64,000 nucleotides of DNA, taken from the NCBI GenBank assembly GCA_018668595.1, contig JABJCP010000043.1, forward strand, positions 36,490-100,489, written 5' to 3'. Made by a program: the position numbers and the translations under genes. Each line of letters opens with the position of its first letter. Position 1 is the first letter of the stretch. Positions 1 through 10,278 of the stretch are shown piece after piece. Under the pieces are notes generated by a model. The model had not been told where the DNA came from, did no database searches, and was given only the letters and a program-made list of their open reading frames with translations. Origin of the DNA: Candidatus Woesearchaeota archaeon (GTDB lineage Archaea > Nanobdellota > Nanobdellia > Woesearchaeales > UBA11576).

Positions 1-42
1 ATTTTAACCTCTTTTTTTGATTACCTCAAAATCCAATATAAA

Positions 43-711
43 TCAAGATTTCTTATTTTTACACATCGCAACAAGACTCCACGAATCAATTCTTCGTTTT
101 TTTGATTTAAAGGGATAACAAAAATGAGTATAAATAAATTTCTTAATTTGCAATCCATTTTTAACTAATAATTTATCTAAATCTTTAAATTTCATATTTA
201 CTACATGAGGATTTTCAAAACGAAATCTCACAATATTATATAAAAATTGAATAACTGTGCAATCTCCTCTAATACGTTCTTGAGGAATTGCTATAATTAT
301 TTCTCCATTTTTCTTTAATAGTTTTTTAATATTTTGCATAAATGCATTTCTATTTTTAATGTGTTCAAGAACGTGTGAAATGATTATTACATCAAATTTT
401 TTTGATTCGGAATTAAAAAATTTATTATTTATATCAAAAAAAGTAAAGTCTTTGTATTTTTTTCGTGCATACTTTAATGCAAAACGATTGATATCTGCAC
501 CGCAAAGATTAAAATTTTTTGAGGGGTGTTTGTTTTTTATCATATCAAGAAAATATCCTGTATTGCAACCATAATCTAATATTTTAATATTTTTCTTATT
601 TTTCAATAAATTACAAATGTGAATTAGTTCTGTTCTTCTATAATACATAATAGTTCTTGCTAAAAAGCCAGTAGTTCTTGTGATTAATGTATATGATAAC
701 CCATACTTCAT
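43..711 (-). CDS. Class I SAM-dependent methyltransferase
   Basis: Motif LDYGCNTGYF (methyltransferase motif I, GxGxG-like) about 45 aa from the N-terminus. GGAGGAG precedes the ATG on the minus strand. Confidence 0.6.
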   Translation of the reverse strand: MKYGLSYTLITRTTGFLARTIMYYRRTELIHICNLLKNKKNIKILDYGCNTGYFLDMIKNKHPSKNFNLCGADINRFALKYARKKYKDFTFFDINNKFFNSESKKFDVIIISHVLEHIKNRNAFMQNIKKLLKKNGEIIIAIPQERIRGDCTVIQFLYNIVRFRFENPHVVNMKFKDLDKLLVKNGLQIKKFIYTHFCYPFKSKKRRIDSWSLVAMCKNKKS

Positions 712-971
712 TATTATCTCCTCCTATGATAACATAATAAAAAATAAGCAATTGCTAAATCAACCAAGATTAAAACCAAAATTAAATGAATTATTAACCT
801 AACTTTTAATTTTTTATTATATGAAACGCATTAATTTATTTGGAATTTATAAATTTAACTAAAAATAAAAAATATCTTTAATTAACACTAAAAAAACACA
901 AAATAGCCTCAAATAAACTAAATATTCCAATTTAACAATATTTATTAATAAACCCCTCAACTTATTGAAAT

Positions 972-1670
972 ATGTTAAAGAAGGGCGTTTTTGCGGATTT
1001 TGATGGTACTTTAAGTTCTGGTTATTTATCGATGGCATTTTTAGAGGAATTAATAGAACAAAAGTTATTTCATAAATCTAATTATAATAATCAAAAAATT
1101 ATTTATAAGGAATATACTGTAGGAAACATGTCCTATGATAGGTGGATTGAATCCTGGGCTTATGAGTGGGCTGCAGGACTTAATGGGTTTGATGAATCTG
1201 ATCTTATGAGAGTTGCCAAAAAGGTTGTTGATAATCGAAAACAACACATTAATCCTAGTTCTTATGATATTATGGATTATTTGAAAGATAAAAAACATCA
1301 TCTTGTGTTAGTTAGTGTTGGTTGTCAAGAGGTTATGTATTTTGCTGCAAAAGAACTTAATATGGATGGTATTATTGCAACTAGGTGCGAAACTAAAGAT
1401 GGAGTTTATACAGGTAGGTTATTAACTGACTTACACACAAATAATGGTAAAGGAGACGCAGTAAGAATCTATGCAAAAAATTTTGGCATTAATCTATCTA
1501 AGTCGATTGGATTGGGAGATTCAAAACATGATATTAGCATGCTTCTTAGCACTGGAACTCCTATTGCATTAAATGCTAAAGATACTTTGAAAAGAATGGC
1601 GGAAAGATATGATTGGCACATTAGAGACTCAGAAAATATTTCTAAGTATATTAGAGAATTAGTTAAATAA
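972..1670 (+). CDS. HAD-superfamily hydrolase (HAD-IB, phosphoserine-phosphatase-like)
   Basis: N-terminal FADFDGTL (DxDGT motif I) and C-terminal GDSKHD (motif IV). Length 232 aa. Confidence 0.7.
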   Translation: MLKKGVFADFDGTLSSGYLSMAFLEELIEQKLFHKSNYNNQKIIYKEYTVGNMSYDRWIESWAYEWAAGLNGFDESDLMRVAKKVVDNRKQHINPSSYDIMDYLKDKKHHLVLVSVGCQEVMYFAAKELNMDGIIATRCETKDGVYTGRLLTDLHTNNGKGDAVRIYAKNFGINLSKSIGLGDSKHDISMLLSTGTPIALNAKDTLKRMAERYDWHIRDSENISKYIRELVK

Positions 1671-1774
1671 TAAAATAATTAAATATATAATTAAAGAAAA
1701 TTAAATAGATAACTAGAATATCAATAAAAAAAAATTTGAAGTTAAAAGAAAAAAATTAAATTTCCTACTTTAAT

Positions 1775-2518
1775 TTACTCATTCTCAACTCGTGGAGCTA
1801 AGATAAAACTTATAAATATTTTATCAATACTTACATAGTCAAGTTTTAGAGGATAATCTTTATTAAATCGAATAGTTACTGTATCTGCAACCTTTGATGC
1901 ACTTATCATTTTTTTCAAATACTCAATAGAATATTTTGCCTTAACTTTTGCATCACCTTCAACATTAACTTTTGTACTTTCATCTTGAGGAATTTCGATT
2001 TTTGCTTTACTCAAATCTCCTTCTGCTTGAACAGTATAAAGTCCTGTTTCTGCCATAAAACTTACACTTTCTCCCACTACATCCACATCTTCAATTGCAT
2101 CATTAAGTATATTTGTGTTTGTAACAATCTCAACTGGGAAATTTAGTTCAGGAACTCTTTGTTCTTTTTCATCAATATCAATTATTGGTAAGTAGAATGT
2201 TCTTGTGCTTTTTCCTTTTAGAGTTATTTTTAATTTATTTTCTTCTAATTCTAGGGTTAGTGTATCTGTGCTTTTTGCACGTCTAAGAATTTGTTTTAAA
2301 TTATTAAGATTAATTGCAATATCTGTTTCTTGTCCTACATCATATTCTACAAATGCACTACTTAGTAATTTGAATATTACCATTGCTACATTTGCAGGAT
2401 CCATAGCAACTAGTTCTATTGAATTTGGTGTGAATTTAAATGATGCTTCATTTACTAGTTCAGAAATAATTGTAACACTGTCTTTTAAATAATTTGGATC
2501 AGCTAAAGTTAATTTCAT
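1775..2518 (-). CDS. pcn: DNA polymerase sliding clamp PCNA
   Basis: 247 aa, two-domain length typical of PCNA. N-terminal region (KLTLADPNYLKDSVTIISELVNEASFKF...VAMDPANVAMV) is typical of archaeal PCNA. Confidence 0.8.
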   Translation of the reverse strand: MKLTLADPNYLKDSVTIISELVNEASFKFTPNSIELVAMDPANVAMVIFKLLSSAFVEYDVGQETDIAINLNNLKQILRRAKSTDTLTLELEENKLKITLKGKSTRTFYLPIIDIDEKEQRVPELNFPVEIVTNTNILNDAIEDVDVVGESVSFMAETGLYTVQAEGDLSKAKIEIPQDESTKVNVEGDAKVKAKYSIEYLKKMISASKVADTVTIRFNKDYPLKLDYVSIDKIFISFILAPRVENE

Positions 2519-2784
2519 TTTTAAAAAACCCCCATTTTAAAGTAATTATTTTAAATTAATTTTTAAGTGAGTACTATTAAATTATATTCCTTTAAAAATA
2601 CTATAAGAATAGAAATATCACACGTATTTAAATCTTTTGACTAATTAAGTACCAATTAAATAATCGTTTAGTCACTAAAACAGCACAATATATGCTCATA
2701 CTGGATCCTAGAAAAACTTATAAAAAAACATCTAGATATTAAAAAATTGATATAAAATTAAGTTTTAATGGGGGTTAGATTTAA

Positions 2785-4440
2785 ATGAAATTAATTAGTG
2801 TTAAAAATGCAGAAGAAATTGCAGAAGATGGTTGTTCTACTTCAGGATACGAAACAGCTTATGGAGATTATATAAGATTATTTCCACCAGGCAGTCCAAG
2901 AGGAACATTTAATCACATATCAACAGAGGAATTTATTCACAAAACAGTTCCTTTATTTCTAGATGTTCCTTATACTGATATTAATTTCAAGAAAATAAAG
3001 GCAGGAAATCTTAAAAGTAAAATAATAAAATCTGCTGAGAAAAAATTTAAGTGCAAAGATCCATTTGGTGATAATGGAGGACATGAACAATACGAACACG
3101 AAGATTTCTTAACAGAAGGATTAAGAGTAGTTAGAAAATATTTACTTGATCTGGAATTAGATAAAGAAGATATTTTAAACAAATTAATAAGAAACTCCTT
3201 TTCAAATACTGAAGAAATAAATTCAATTGAGAAAACATTTATGGATATGATTGAAAAAGATCTTTTCAAAGTAGACCGTACATGCCACAGTTATGAAACA
3301 TCTGATTCTGTAAACACATCTTGTACTAAAGTCTTGAATTCTCTTGATGAATTTGTTAAAAAATTTATTAAATCAAATAATAATCAATTTGCATTCAAAG
3401 ATTTGCTTTTTAATCAGTTTATTCCTTCTTTTTCAGAATATGGTTCTGTAGCAAGGGGAAATAAAAGCTTAAATCAAATTGCAAATGAAAATGGTTTAGA
3501 TAAATTTGATATAAATAGAACAGAATTTTTTGGTAAAATTTTCTCATCAATTTTAACTACAAATTACACTGAAGAATTAAATCAAAATTTTGAATCTAAA
3601 TTTTCTGAATGGGTAAGAGGTCAATATGGTTTTTGTATCAAAGTCGATGAGCAAGACTACAATCCTGAAAAAATATCTAATTTTGTTATAAACACAAGTG
3701 AAGAAGATATTGAAAAATTAAAAGCAGAAATTGGTAAAGGGTATTTATTTCGCGGAAATATTCAATGGTCCAGTATTATTAGATTTAAAGATGTTCTTAC
3801 TCACGAAACAGTTAGCGACGAAAGGAAAAATAATTTCATAAAAGAAATAGAACGTCCACTAAAATTATTAGAATTGAATCTTATTTTTAGAGATCTTACA
3901 AAAATGTTTAAAGAAGAAAAAAATCCTTTTAAAAAAATTGAAATCTCAAAAAGAAATACAACTGATAAAAATTATATTGAAAACCGCATAATATCAATTG
4001 AACAAGCAGCAGAGTTAAGTTTTGAAGCGCTACTTGAACTAAGACATACTAGAAATTTTGGAATTGGCAATAACCTAATCAATAGAGAACATCCTGGTGC
4101 TTTAGATATTTGTCTAAATTGTTTCGATAGAGTAATGCAAGAATACACTGATTTATATAATGAAAATTCTCAAACCAGTCATTGTACTGCTAAGACGCAC
4201 AACATTGCAAAAATTGTAACATCTCGTGAAAAAATACGCGCTAAGCATATGATTCTTATTGCAAGCGATTTACTTGCAAAAAACAGAAATCAAGAAAATT
4301 TATATTCATCAAAAGAAGCATACACTATTTTATTAGAACAACAAAAAGAAATGAGTTCTTTATCTGGTTCTGTTGAGTATGTAAAAAAATTGACAAAATT
4401 AGTTAGTAAAATTGAAAAAAAGTATTTGAATAAAAGATAA
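2785..4440 (+). CDS. Hypothetical protein (551 aa), no recognisable domain
   Basis: Long uninterrupted ORF. A GGGGG Shine-Dalgarno-like element lies about 8 nt upstream. Divergent from PCNA. Confidence 0.5.
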   Translation: MKLISVKNAEEIAEDGCSTSGYETAYGDYIRLFPPGSPRGTFNHISTEEFIHKTVPLFLDVPYTDINFKKIKAGNLKSKIIKSAEKKFKCKDPFGDNGGHEQYEHEDFLTEGLRVVRKYLLDLELDKEDILNKLIRNSFSNTEEINSIEKTFMDMIEKDLFKVDRTCHSYETSDSVNTSCTKVLNSLDEFVKKFIKSNNNQFAFKDLLFNQFIPSFSEYGSVARGNKSLNQIANENGLDKFDINRTEFFGKIFSSILTTNYTEELNQNFESKFSEWVRGQYGFCIKVDEQDYNPEKISNFVINTSEEDIEKLKAEIGKGYLFRGNIQWSSIIRFKDVLTHETVSDERKNNFIKEIERPLKLLELNLIFRDLTKMFKEEKNPFKKIEISKRNTTDKNYIENRIISIEQAAELSFEALLELRHTRNFGIGNNLINREHPGALDICLNCFDRVMQEYTDLYNENSQTSHCTAKTHNIAKIVTSREKIRAKHMILIASDLLAKNRNQENLYSSKEAYTILLEQQKEMSSLSGSVEYVKKLTKLVSKIEKKYLNKR

Positions 4441-4496
4441 AAATTCAAATAACTGCATTAATCGATTATACATCTTAGACAATTCAGAATGAAATT

Positions 4497-4943
4497 ATGA
4501 AAAAAACATATTTATTATTAACAAGTGCATCATTAATTCTATGTATCATTCTAGTTGGCTGCTCAAAAATCCCTCAAGAATATTATGATGATTGGGAATA
4601 TTGTCAACAAGATAGTGATTGTATTAGCTATGATGGACGCTGCAGTATTGTAACTAAAAATATGGTAACCGATTGGGGAGATTATTTTGGCCCTCCTTGT
4701 AGATTTAATCCAGTCTATACAAATTATTTTGAAGTAAAGTGTATTAACAATGGATGCGAAGTTATACCTATTTGTGAAACTTTTTGTCCTTTTGCAAATA
4801 ATGAAAGAAGTGAATTTATAGAAGTTACAAATGATTGTACCCAACCTTGCTCAGAAAAAATCGATAACCCTATGGAATCCTCTTCTTGTTCACAGACTTG
4901 CGATGTTTTCAAAGAGTGCAATTCTTGCAGGGTATTGAATTAA
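4497..4943 (+). CDS. Cys-rich secreted lipoprotein (hypothetical)
   Basis: Signal peptide plus lipobox-like LVGCSK. Many Cys residues, about 18, arranged pairwise. Confidence 0.5.
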   Translation: MKKTYLLLTSASLILCIILVGCSKIPQEYYDDWEYCQQDSDCISYDGRCSIVTKNMVTDWGDYFGPPCRFNPVYTNYFEVKCINNGCEVIPICETFCPFANNERSEFIEVTNDCTQPCSEKIDNPMESSSCSQTCDVFKECNSCRVLN

Positions 4944-4961
4944 AATAAAAAAAACCAATAA

Positions 4962-5354
4962 TTAATACAGCTTAGACAATTCAATAACTTTCTTATCTAT
5001 TTGTTTAACAAGTCCTTTCAAATCAGTTTGATCTGCTTTGTAAGTAAAATGAAAAAACTCTCTATCTTCCCAGTATATATCTTCAAATCCTTCCATCTCT
5101 GCCAATTTTTCATCCAAGTCTCTCGCTACAGCGTCAGATTTAAAATCTCCTAAATATCCATCTCGGAATTCTACATAAAGAACCCTTTTGCCTTCATCAA
5201 AATCTTCTTCAGAAACATATGCACTACTTACAAACTCATATCCTTTTGCTTCAGATACGTGTCCACTATTAACTAAATAACAATCCCCCTCTTCATCAAA
5301 TACAAAGTCATTTTTATCCATTTTAACATACCTCAAATGGCAATAATCATGCAT
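4962..5354 (-). CDS. Hypothetical acidic protein
   Basis: 130-aa ORF, acidic. No recognisable motif. Confidence 0.35.
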   Translation of the reverse strand: MHDYCHLRYVKMDKNDFVFDEEGDCYLVNSGHVSEAKGYEFVSSAYVSEEDFDEGKRVLYVEFRDGYLGDFKSDAVARDLDEKLAEMEGFEDIYWEDREFFHFTYKADQTDLKGLVKQIDKKVIELSKLY

Positions 5355-5481
5355 AAATTATAAACTTTTCTAATATTCACTACTAAAAAGGACTAAACAA
5401 CCAAAAAACTTATAAAAGAAACATCCATTTCTAACATAAATAACAATTAATATAATCCATTAATCAATCAGAGGCGCTAAA

Positions 5482-6474
5482 ATGAACAAACAAAACACAA
5501 CAGCAATCATTCTAAATCCAGCAGCTAGAGATTGGAAAGCTAAAAAAAACTGGCCATTTATTGAAAAGACTCTTAGACAACACAATATTAATTTCGAAAA
5601 ATTTGATACTGTTGCAGACAACAAAGAAACAGTAGAAACAGTTAGTCAAATCACAGAACAGGGTTATGGTAGAATTGTAGCAGTTGGTGGTGATGGAACT
5701 CAAAATCTAATAATCAACGGAATTATGAAAGCAGACTTAGCACCAGAGCAACGTCCTGAATATGCTTTATTTCCTTGCGGTACTGCAAATGATATTGGCG
5801 GTTCATTTGATATTCGTATGCCCAAATTTAGCAAAAAAGAAATTGTTGAATGTATACAAACTCTAACAAGAGGAACTTTGTACAATCTAGATCTGGGATT
5901 AATTAACAATCAAACTTATTTTGCAGATTCTTTTGGAATTGGATTTGATGCTTCAGTTCTTGAACACAGAAACAGAACCAGAAAAGAAAGAATGATATTT
6001 CGACAAGGAAAACAAAGTTATGCTCCAAGTATTGTAAATGAACTTGCAGGAAATTACACAAGACCAAAAGCAGAACTTATTATTGGTGGGAAAAAAACTA
6101 AAACAAAAATTTTTAATCTTGTAATAAATAATGTTCAAATTTATGCAGGAAGATTTATTCTTCATCCAGATATTCGTGCAAATGATGGATTATTAGATCT
6201 TAATAATTATAGAAATAACCAAGCATATTTATCTGAAATGGGAACTCAAGGTATTGAAGGCATATTAGAACTTATTGATCCAACAAAACTGACAAAAAAA
6301 GCAGTAAGAATGGCAATAGAAAATAGCAGACATTATCAAGCAAAAACAATCGACATATCGCTTAGCAAACCAACAACAACTCAAGTCGACGGAGAAGAAT
6401 ACGAAATTGGTGATGAGTTCAAAGTTGAATGTGTAAAGCATGCATTAAAGTTAGTAATAAATTATGAGAGATAA
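5482..6474 (+). CDS. Diacylglycerol-kinase catalytic-domain lipid kinase (YegS/BmrU-like)
   Basis: VAVGGDGTQNLIINGIM matches the GGDGT motif of DAGK_cat / NAD-kinase-like kinases. 330 aa. Confidence 0.7.
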   Translation: MNKQNTTAIILNPAARDWKAKKNWPFIEKTLRQHNINFEKFDTVADNKETVETVSQITEQGYGRIVAVGGDGTQNLIINGIMKADLAPEQRPEYALFPCGTANDIGGSFDIRMPKFSKKEIVECIQTLTRGTLYNLDLGLINNQTYFADSFGIGFDASVLEHRNRTRKERMIFRQGKQSYAPSIVNELAGNYTRPKAELIIGGKKTKTKIFNLVINNVQIYAGRFILHPDIRANDGLLDLNNYRNNQAYLSEMGTQGIEGILELIDPTKLTKKAVRMAIENSRHYQAKTIDISLSKPTTTQVDGEEYEIGDEFKVECVKHALKLVINYER

Positions 6475-6517
6475 AAAAAATAATAACTGTGACTACCACA
6501 TTATAATCATCGACTAA

Positions 6518-6781
6518 TTAATAATCATATCTATCTCTATATTTCTCTATTTCCTCAACTCGACTCGCTACACTGGAAGATAATTTCGAAGTAACATTTA
6601 TTTTACTGCCACAAACACAACTAACAAAATAATAATCACATCCTTCTAATTCCCAACATCCTCGAGGACCATCATGCTCTTTACTAATATCATATGCAGA
6701 AAATTTAATTGTACTTCCACAATCTAAACAATCTACTAAATTTCTAGTTCCTTTATTAATTAATTCAACCAATCTAAACAA
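6518..6781 (-). CDS. Small zinc-ribbon protein (hypothetical)
   Basis: CLDCG ... CVCG, two CxxC pairs in 87 aa. Confidence 0.4.
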   Translation of the reverse strand: MFRLVELINKGTRNLVDCLDCGSTIKFSAYDISKEHDGPRGCWELEGCDYYFVSCVCGSKINVTSKLSSSVASRVEEIEKYRDRYDY

Positions 6782-6805
6782 CCGCTCTAAACTACCTTAT
6801 TTCTT

Positions 6806-7807
6806 TCATAATACCTTATTTTTTTCATATTTCCAATATTTATTTTCTGTAAGCATCACACCCATCGCATTATTAACATACAAATCTTCTTTACTAAGAT
6901 AACAATCATCAACTTTATTCAAAACATTTACAAAATTTTTAATAACTTCATAACCGCGATTCTCATAATCTGTCCGCCCTACATTCAAACATTTTTTTGA
7001 ATCAGAACCTTCATGGTTATTTATTTCAACTCTGCCTAAATTATCTAATTTTAAATCCCCTCGTTCAAAACGCAGGTAAAGAAACTCAGAATATATTCTT
7101 GACTGCAACTTACGAGTTCCACTAAAACTAAACTTAATTCCATCATCTCGAGCACCAAAAACAGAATATGCATCAAATTTATCTTGTAATCGCCAAGACT
7201 CAAAACTATCTACTCCAAATAAATAATGCAATAAATCAATTTCGTGATTTAAATGATCTAAAAGCAATCCCCTGTTCTGCTTCCATTTTTTTAAGGGTTT
7301 ATGATATGAAAAATCAAATTTAAATTCTACAACCTTACCCAACTCAGTAACCAAATTATCTAAATTCTCTTTTAACCAAACATAACCAGGATCAAATCTT
7401 CTCGGATGACAACTACTAATCAACTGATCCGATTTAACAACCGACTGATCTGATTTAAGCAATTCCCACAATCCTTTCAACTCAACAGAGTTTACTACAA
7501 GTGGCTTTTCCACAAACGCAGGCAATCCAAAATCCATAATAGACTTTAAATCAGAAAAATGATATTTATCAGGAGTTCCAACCAATACAAACTCAATGCC
7601 ACTTCTAAAAAATTCTGCCCTATTCAAATACTGCTTCAAATTAGATCCATATTCTAATTCAAACTGTTTCATTCGATCAGAACTTATATCACAAATCGAA
7701 ACCAACTCTAATTCTTTTGCAAAAAATTTCTTACAAGGAATTGCATGCGAATAAAATGCATGATTTCCACATCCTAATATTCCATATTTAACTGTTTTGC
7801 CAATCAT
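6806..7807 (-). CDS. Gfo/Idh/MocA-family NAD(P)-dependent oxidoreductase
   Basis: N-terminal Rossmann KYGILGCGNHA. Length 333 aa. The EKP motif (VEKPLVV) is typical of the family. Confidence 0.65.
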   Translation of the reverse strand: MIGKTVKYGILGCGNHAFYSHAIPCKKFFAKELELVSICDISSDRMKQFELEYGSNLKQYLNRAEFFRSGIEFVLVGTPDKYHFSDLKSIMDFGLPAFVEKPLVVNSVELKGLWELLKSDQSVVKSDQLISSCHPRRFDPGYVWLKENLDNLVTELGKVVEFKFDFSYHKPLKKWKQNRGLLLDHLNHEIDLLHYLFGVDSFESWRLQDKFDAYSVFGARDDGIKFSFSGTRKLQSRIYSEFLYLRFERGDLKLDNLGRVEINNHEGSDSKKCLNVGRTDYENRGYEVIKNFVNVLNKVDDCYLSKEDLYVNNAMGVMLTENKYWKYEKNKVL

Positions 7808-7912
7808 AATAACAAATCAAAAAACTACAACTTATATAGAACTATTTAGAAAAATATACTTCAAAATTAGAAAAGTTTATATAAAAAATAGAATTATGAA
7901 AGAAATAATAAA

Positions 7913-8854
7913 ATGACTCAAATAATAACACTTGATAAAATCGATACAAAAATCCTAAACGAATTAGAATTAGATAGTAGACAAAGCAATTCTAACATTG
8001 CAAAGAAACTTAAAACAAATAAAGCAATAGTTAACTACCGAATAGATCGTTTAGAAAAAAGAAATATAATAACCAAATACCAATTCATTTCTGATCAAAC
8101 TCTGTTGAACGAAAAATCATTCGGACTTCTTATACAATTTGAAAAAATGAACTTAACTCAAGAAACAAAAATGATAAAGAACATTGAAAAAATAAAAAAG
8201 ATTGCTTGGGTTAAATCAATAATTGGAACCTATGATCTTATTATAGTTATAATCGCAAAAAATATTGATGAATTTAATAAAACATTAGAAAAAATATTTG
8301 AAAAAACAGATAATAAAATTAGCAAATATGATTTCTATATTGATTATGAAGGAGAAATATTTAATCATAATTATTTGTATCCAGATTATAAAATTAAAGA
8401 GAAAATAGTAAAATATGGTTCAAAAAAAATAATCGAACTAAAAAACGTAGAACTTGATGTTTTAAGTGAATTAAAAAAAAATCCAAAAGCTTCAATTTTA
8501 GAAATTACGAGTAAATTGAATAAAACATACGATACAGTCAAAGCAAAGTATAATTTTCTAAAAGAACAAAATATATTACTAAAATGCTCGCCTAAAATAA
8601 ACATAGAATTACTAGGTTACACTAACTGGTTTTGTCTTTTCAATATTAAGCCAAACAAAAGTGCAGAAGAAGAATTCATAAATTTTTGCAATAACAACAA
8701 TAACATAGTCAGATACTCAAAATGCCTCGGACAGTTTAATATAATAATAAACATTCACGCAAAAAACTCTGAAGAGCTAAAAAAAATAAATTATGAATTA
8801 AGATCTAAATTTTCTAATAGTATTAATGCATATGAACTTATACAATTAAGTTAA
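7913..8854 (+). CDS. Lrp/AsnC-type transcriptional regulator with two tandem HTH modules
   Basis: Two copies of an AsnC-type HTH: ILNELELDSRQSNSNIAKKLKTNKAIVNYRIDRLEKRNII and LDVLSELKKNPKASILEITSKLNKTYDTVKAKYNFLKEQNIL. Confidence 0.6.
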   Translation: MTQIITLDKIDTKILNELELDSRQSNSNIAKKLKTNKAIVNYRIDRLEKRNIITKYQFISDQTLLNEKSFGLLIQFEKMNLTQETKMIKNIEKIKKIAWVKSIIGTYDLIIVIIAKNIDEFNKTLEKIFEKTDNKISKYDFYIDYEGEIFNHNYLYPDYKIKEKIVKYGSKKIIELKNVELDVLSELKKNPKASILEITSKLNKTYDTVKAKYNFLKEQNILLKCSPKINIELLGYTNWFCLFNIKPNKSAEEEFINFCNNNNNIVRYSKCLGQFNIIINIHAKNSEELKKINYELRSKFSNSINAYELIQLS

Positions 8855-8910
8855 AACTAATATACGATTGAGTTAAACCAAATATACTATTAAGTTAAAC
8901 CAGAATTAGC

Positions 8911-9348
8911 TCAATCAAAATAATCTTCATAACTAAACCCAGACCCTCCCCTGCCAAATTTTCTTCCCTCATAAGGACAGGATCCTTTATCTTCAATTAA
9001 ATTTCCATCTAAAAATTCCCTATACTTTGCAACAAGAGAACAGCAATCACTACAGCGTCTAAAATCAGTCCCGATTTCAACTTCATATTCTCGATCATTA
9101 ATTTTTACAAGTTTAGATGGAACACTGCTATTTTGACTAAATAGTTTGTGAATGTTTTCAACAAATCTAAAATCAGTTATTGCTTGAGAAATAGAAATAT
9201 TCAGTTTACATTTTTTTGGTGCTTTAACAGACACAACTTCCTTAAGAACTTTAATACATCTTTGAGCTTCCAACCTATTTCTATTCTGTGAATTCTTTTT
9301 AGCAACATTGTCAGGTAATTTTATACTTCCGTCAGGATTAAATTCCAT
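8911..9348 (-). CDS. Hypothetical Cys-containing protein
   Basis: 145-aa ORF with a C-terminal CSDCC...C cluster. Confidence 0.35.
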   Translation of the reverse strand: MEFNPDGSIKLPDNVAKKNSQNRNRLEAQRCIKVLKEVVSVKAPKKCKLNISISQAITDFRFVENIHKLFSQNSSVPSKLVKINDREYEVEIGTDFRRCSDCCSLVAKYREFLDGNLIEDKGSCPYEGRKFGRGGSGFSYEDYFD

Positions 9349-9402
9349 ATTAAAACATCTCCGTAATAAACTCTTTAGTTATACAATTAATATTAAACAA
9401 AA

Positions 9403-10197
9403 TCAAAGGTTAATTATTTTATGACCTGCAACTCCTAAATTATAAACAGTTGTCACACCAATTTTCTTCATTCCTTTACCTTCATGTATATGTCCACAAA
9501 ATACATATTTTGGTTTATACTTTTTAACATATCTCAACACAGTTTTGCTTCCTGCATTTTTTCCTTGCCATTGTTTTGGCGCGAATTTTGCATTAACTTT
9601 ATCTAAAAATCCATATGGTGGTTGATGACATACCAATATATCCAATTTTCCAAACCAATTCAAAACTTTTTTTGCTTTACTTGCTTGTTTTTTTGCCTCA
9701 ACTAACATCAGCCCATAATCAGATGGTTTAAATTCTTGCACCCAGTTAGTATCTAAAAAATATTTAAGTCCTCCAATTCGAACTCCATTAAAATTAACAA
9801 TGCGATTGTTTATTACTCTAACATTTGAAAATGCATTAATGTCCTTTGATAAAAAAGGCAAATCCAAACCCATAATTTTAGATTTTCTTCTAGTACTGCT
9901 ATTTGACGATTCGACATTTCCAAATATTGTGTACACAGGAGCAAATTTCTTAAGGTATTTTACAACGCGCATTGATGAATTGTATGCTTCAAGAAATGCT
10001 TTTTTCCGTATAGAATTCGAATATTTTTTTACAGAAAGCCCTTTCTTTTTACGTTCAACATTTTCAAAGGAAATTTTACGAGCTATATTAGCGCTACCTA
10101 AATCACCAGTCAACAAAATTAAATCTACTTTAGACAAATTGATTTTTTTGATTTTATCCAAGCATCCATGAGGATCACCTATGACACAAATTTTCAT
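9403..10197 (-). CDS. Calcineurin-like metallophosphoesterase
   Basis: GDPHG, GDLG and GHIHEG motifs in the canonical order. Confidence 0.7.
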   Translation of the reverse strand: MKICVIGDPHGCLDKIKKINLSKVDLILLTGDLGSANIARKISFENVERKKKGLSVKKYSNSIRKKAFLEAYNSSMRVVKYLKKFAPVYTIFGNVESSNSSTRRKSKIMGLDLPFLSKDINAFSNVRVINNRIVNFNGVRIGGLKYFLDTNWVQEFKPSDYGLMLVEAKKQASKAKKVLNWFGKLDILVCHQPPYGFLDKVNAKFAPKQWQGKNAGSKTVLRYVKKYKPKYVFCGHIHEGKGMKKIGVTTVYNLGVAGHKIINL

Positions 10198-10278
10198 AAA
10201 ATCTTAAAACAGAAGTTTATATATAAATTTACTCATTTAAGCAACACAAACAAATAACATAAAAAACAAAAAAAGTAA

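Noticed and set aside
359-574. Short ORFs in the track that lie inside longer ORFs on the opposite strand. Examples: 359-574, 1065-1301, 2205-2492, 2970-3269, 4563-4921, 5512-6165, 8386-8604, 9800-10171, 10304-10495, 11952-12188, 13566-13787, 15245-15571, 23855-24230, 26607-26963, 43439-44476, 45378-45930, 56732-57077, 58704-58892, 60667-60882 and 61851-62610.
   Set aside because: Each is fully embedded in a longer ORF that has recognisable protein motifs or an export signal. Their low-complexity translations are typical of antisense frames in AT-rich DNA.
3990-4110. Possible HEPN (Rx4-6H) motif in the 551-aa orphan (LRHTRNFGIGNNLINREH).
   Set aside because: The spacing between Arg and His does not fit Rx4-6H in any register, so there is no support for a HEPN RNase call.
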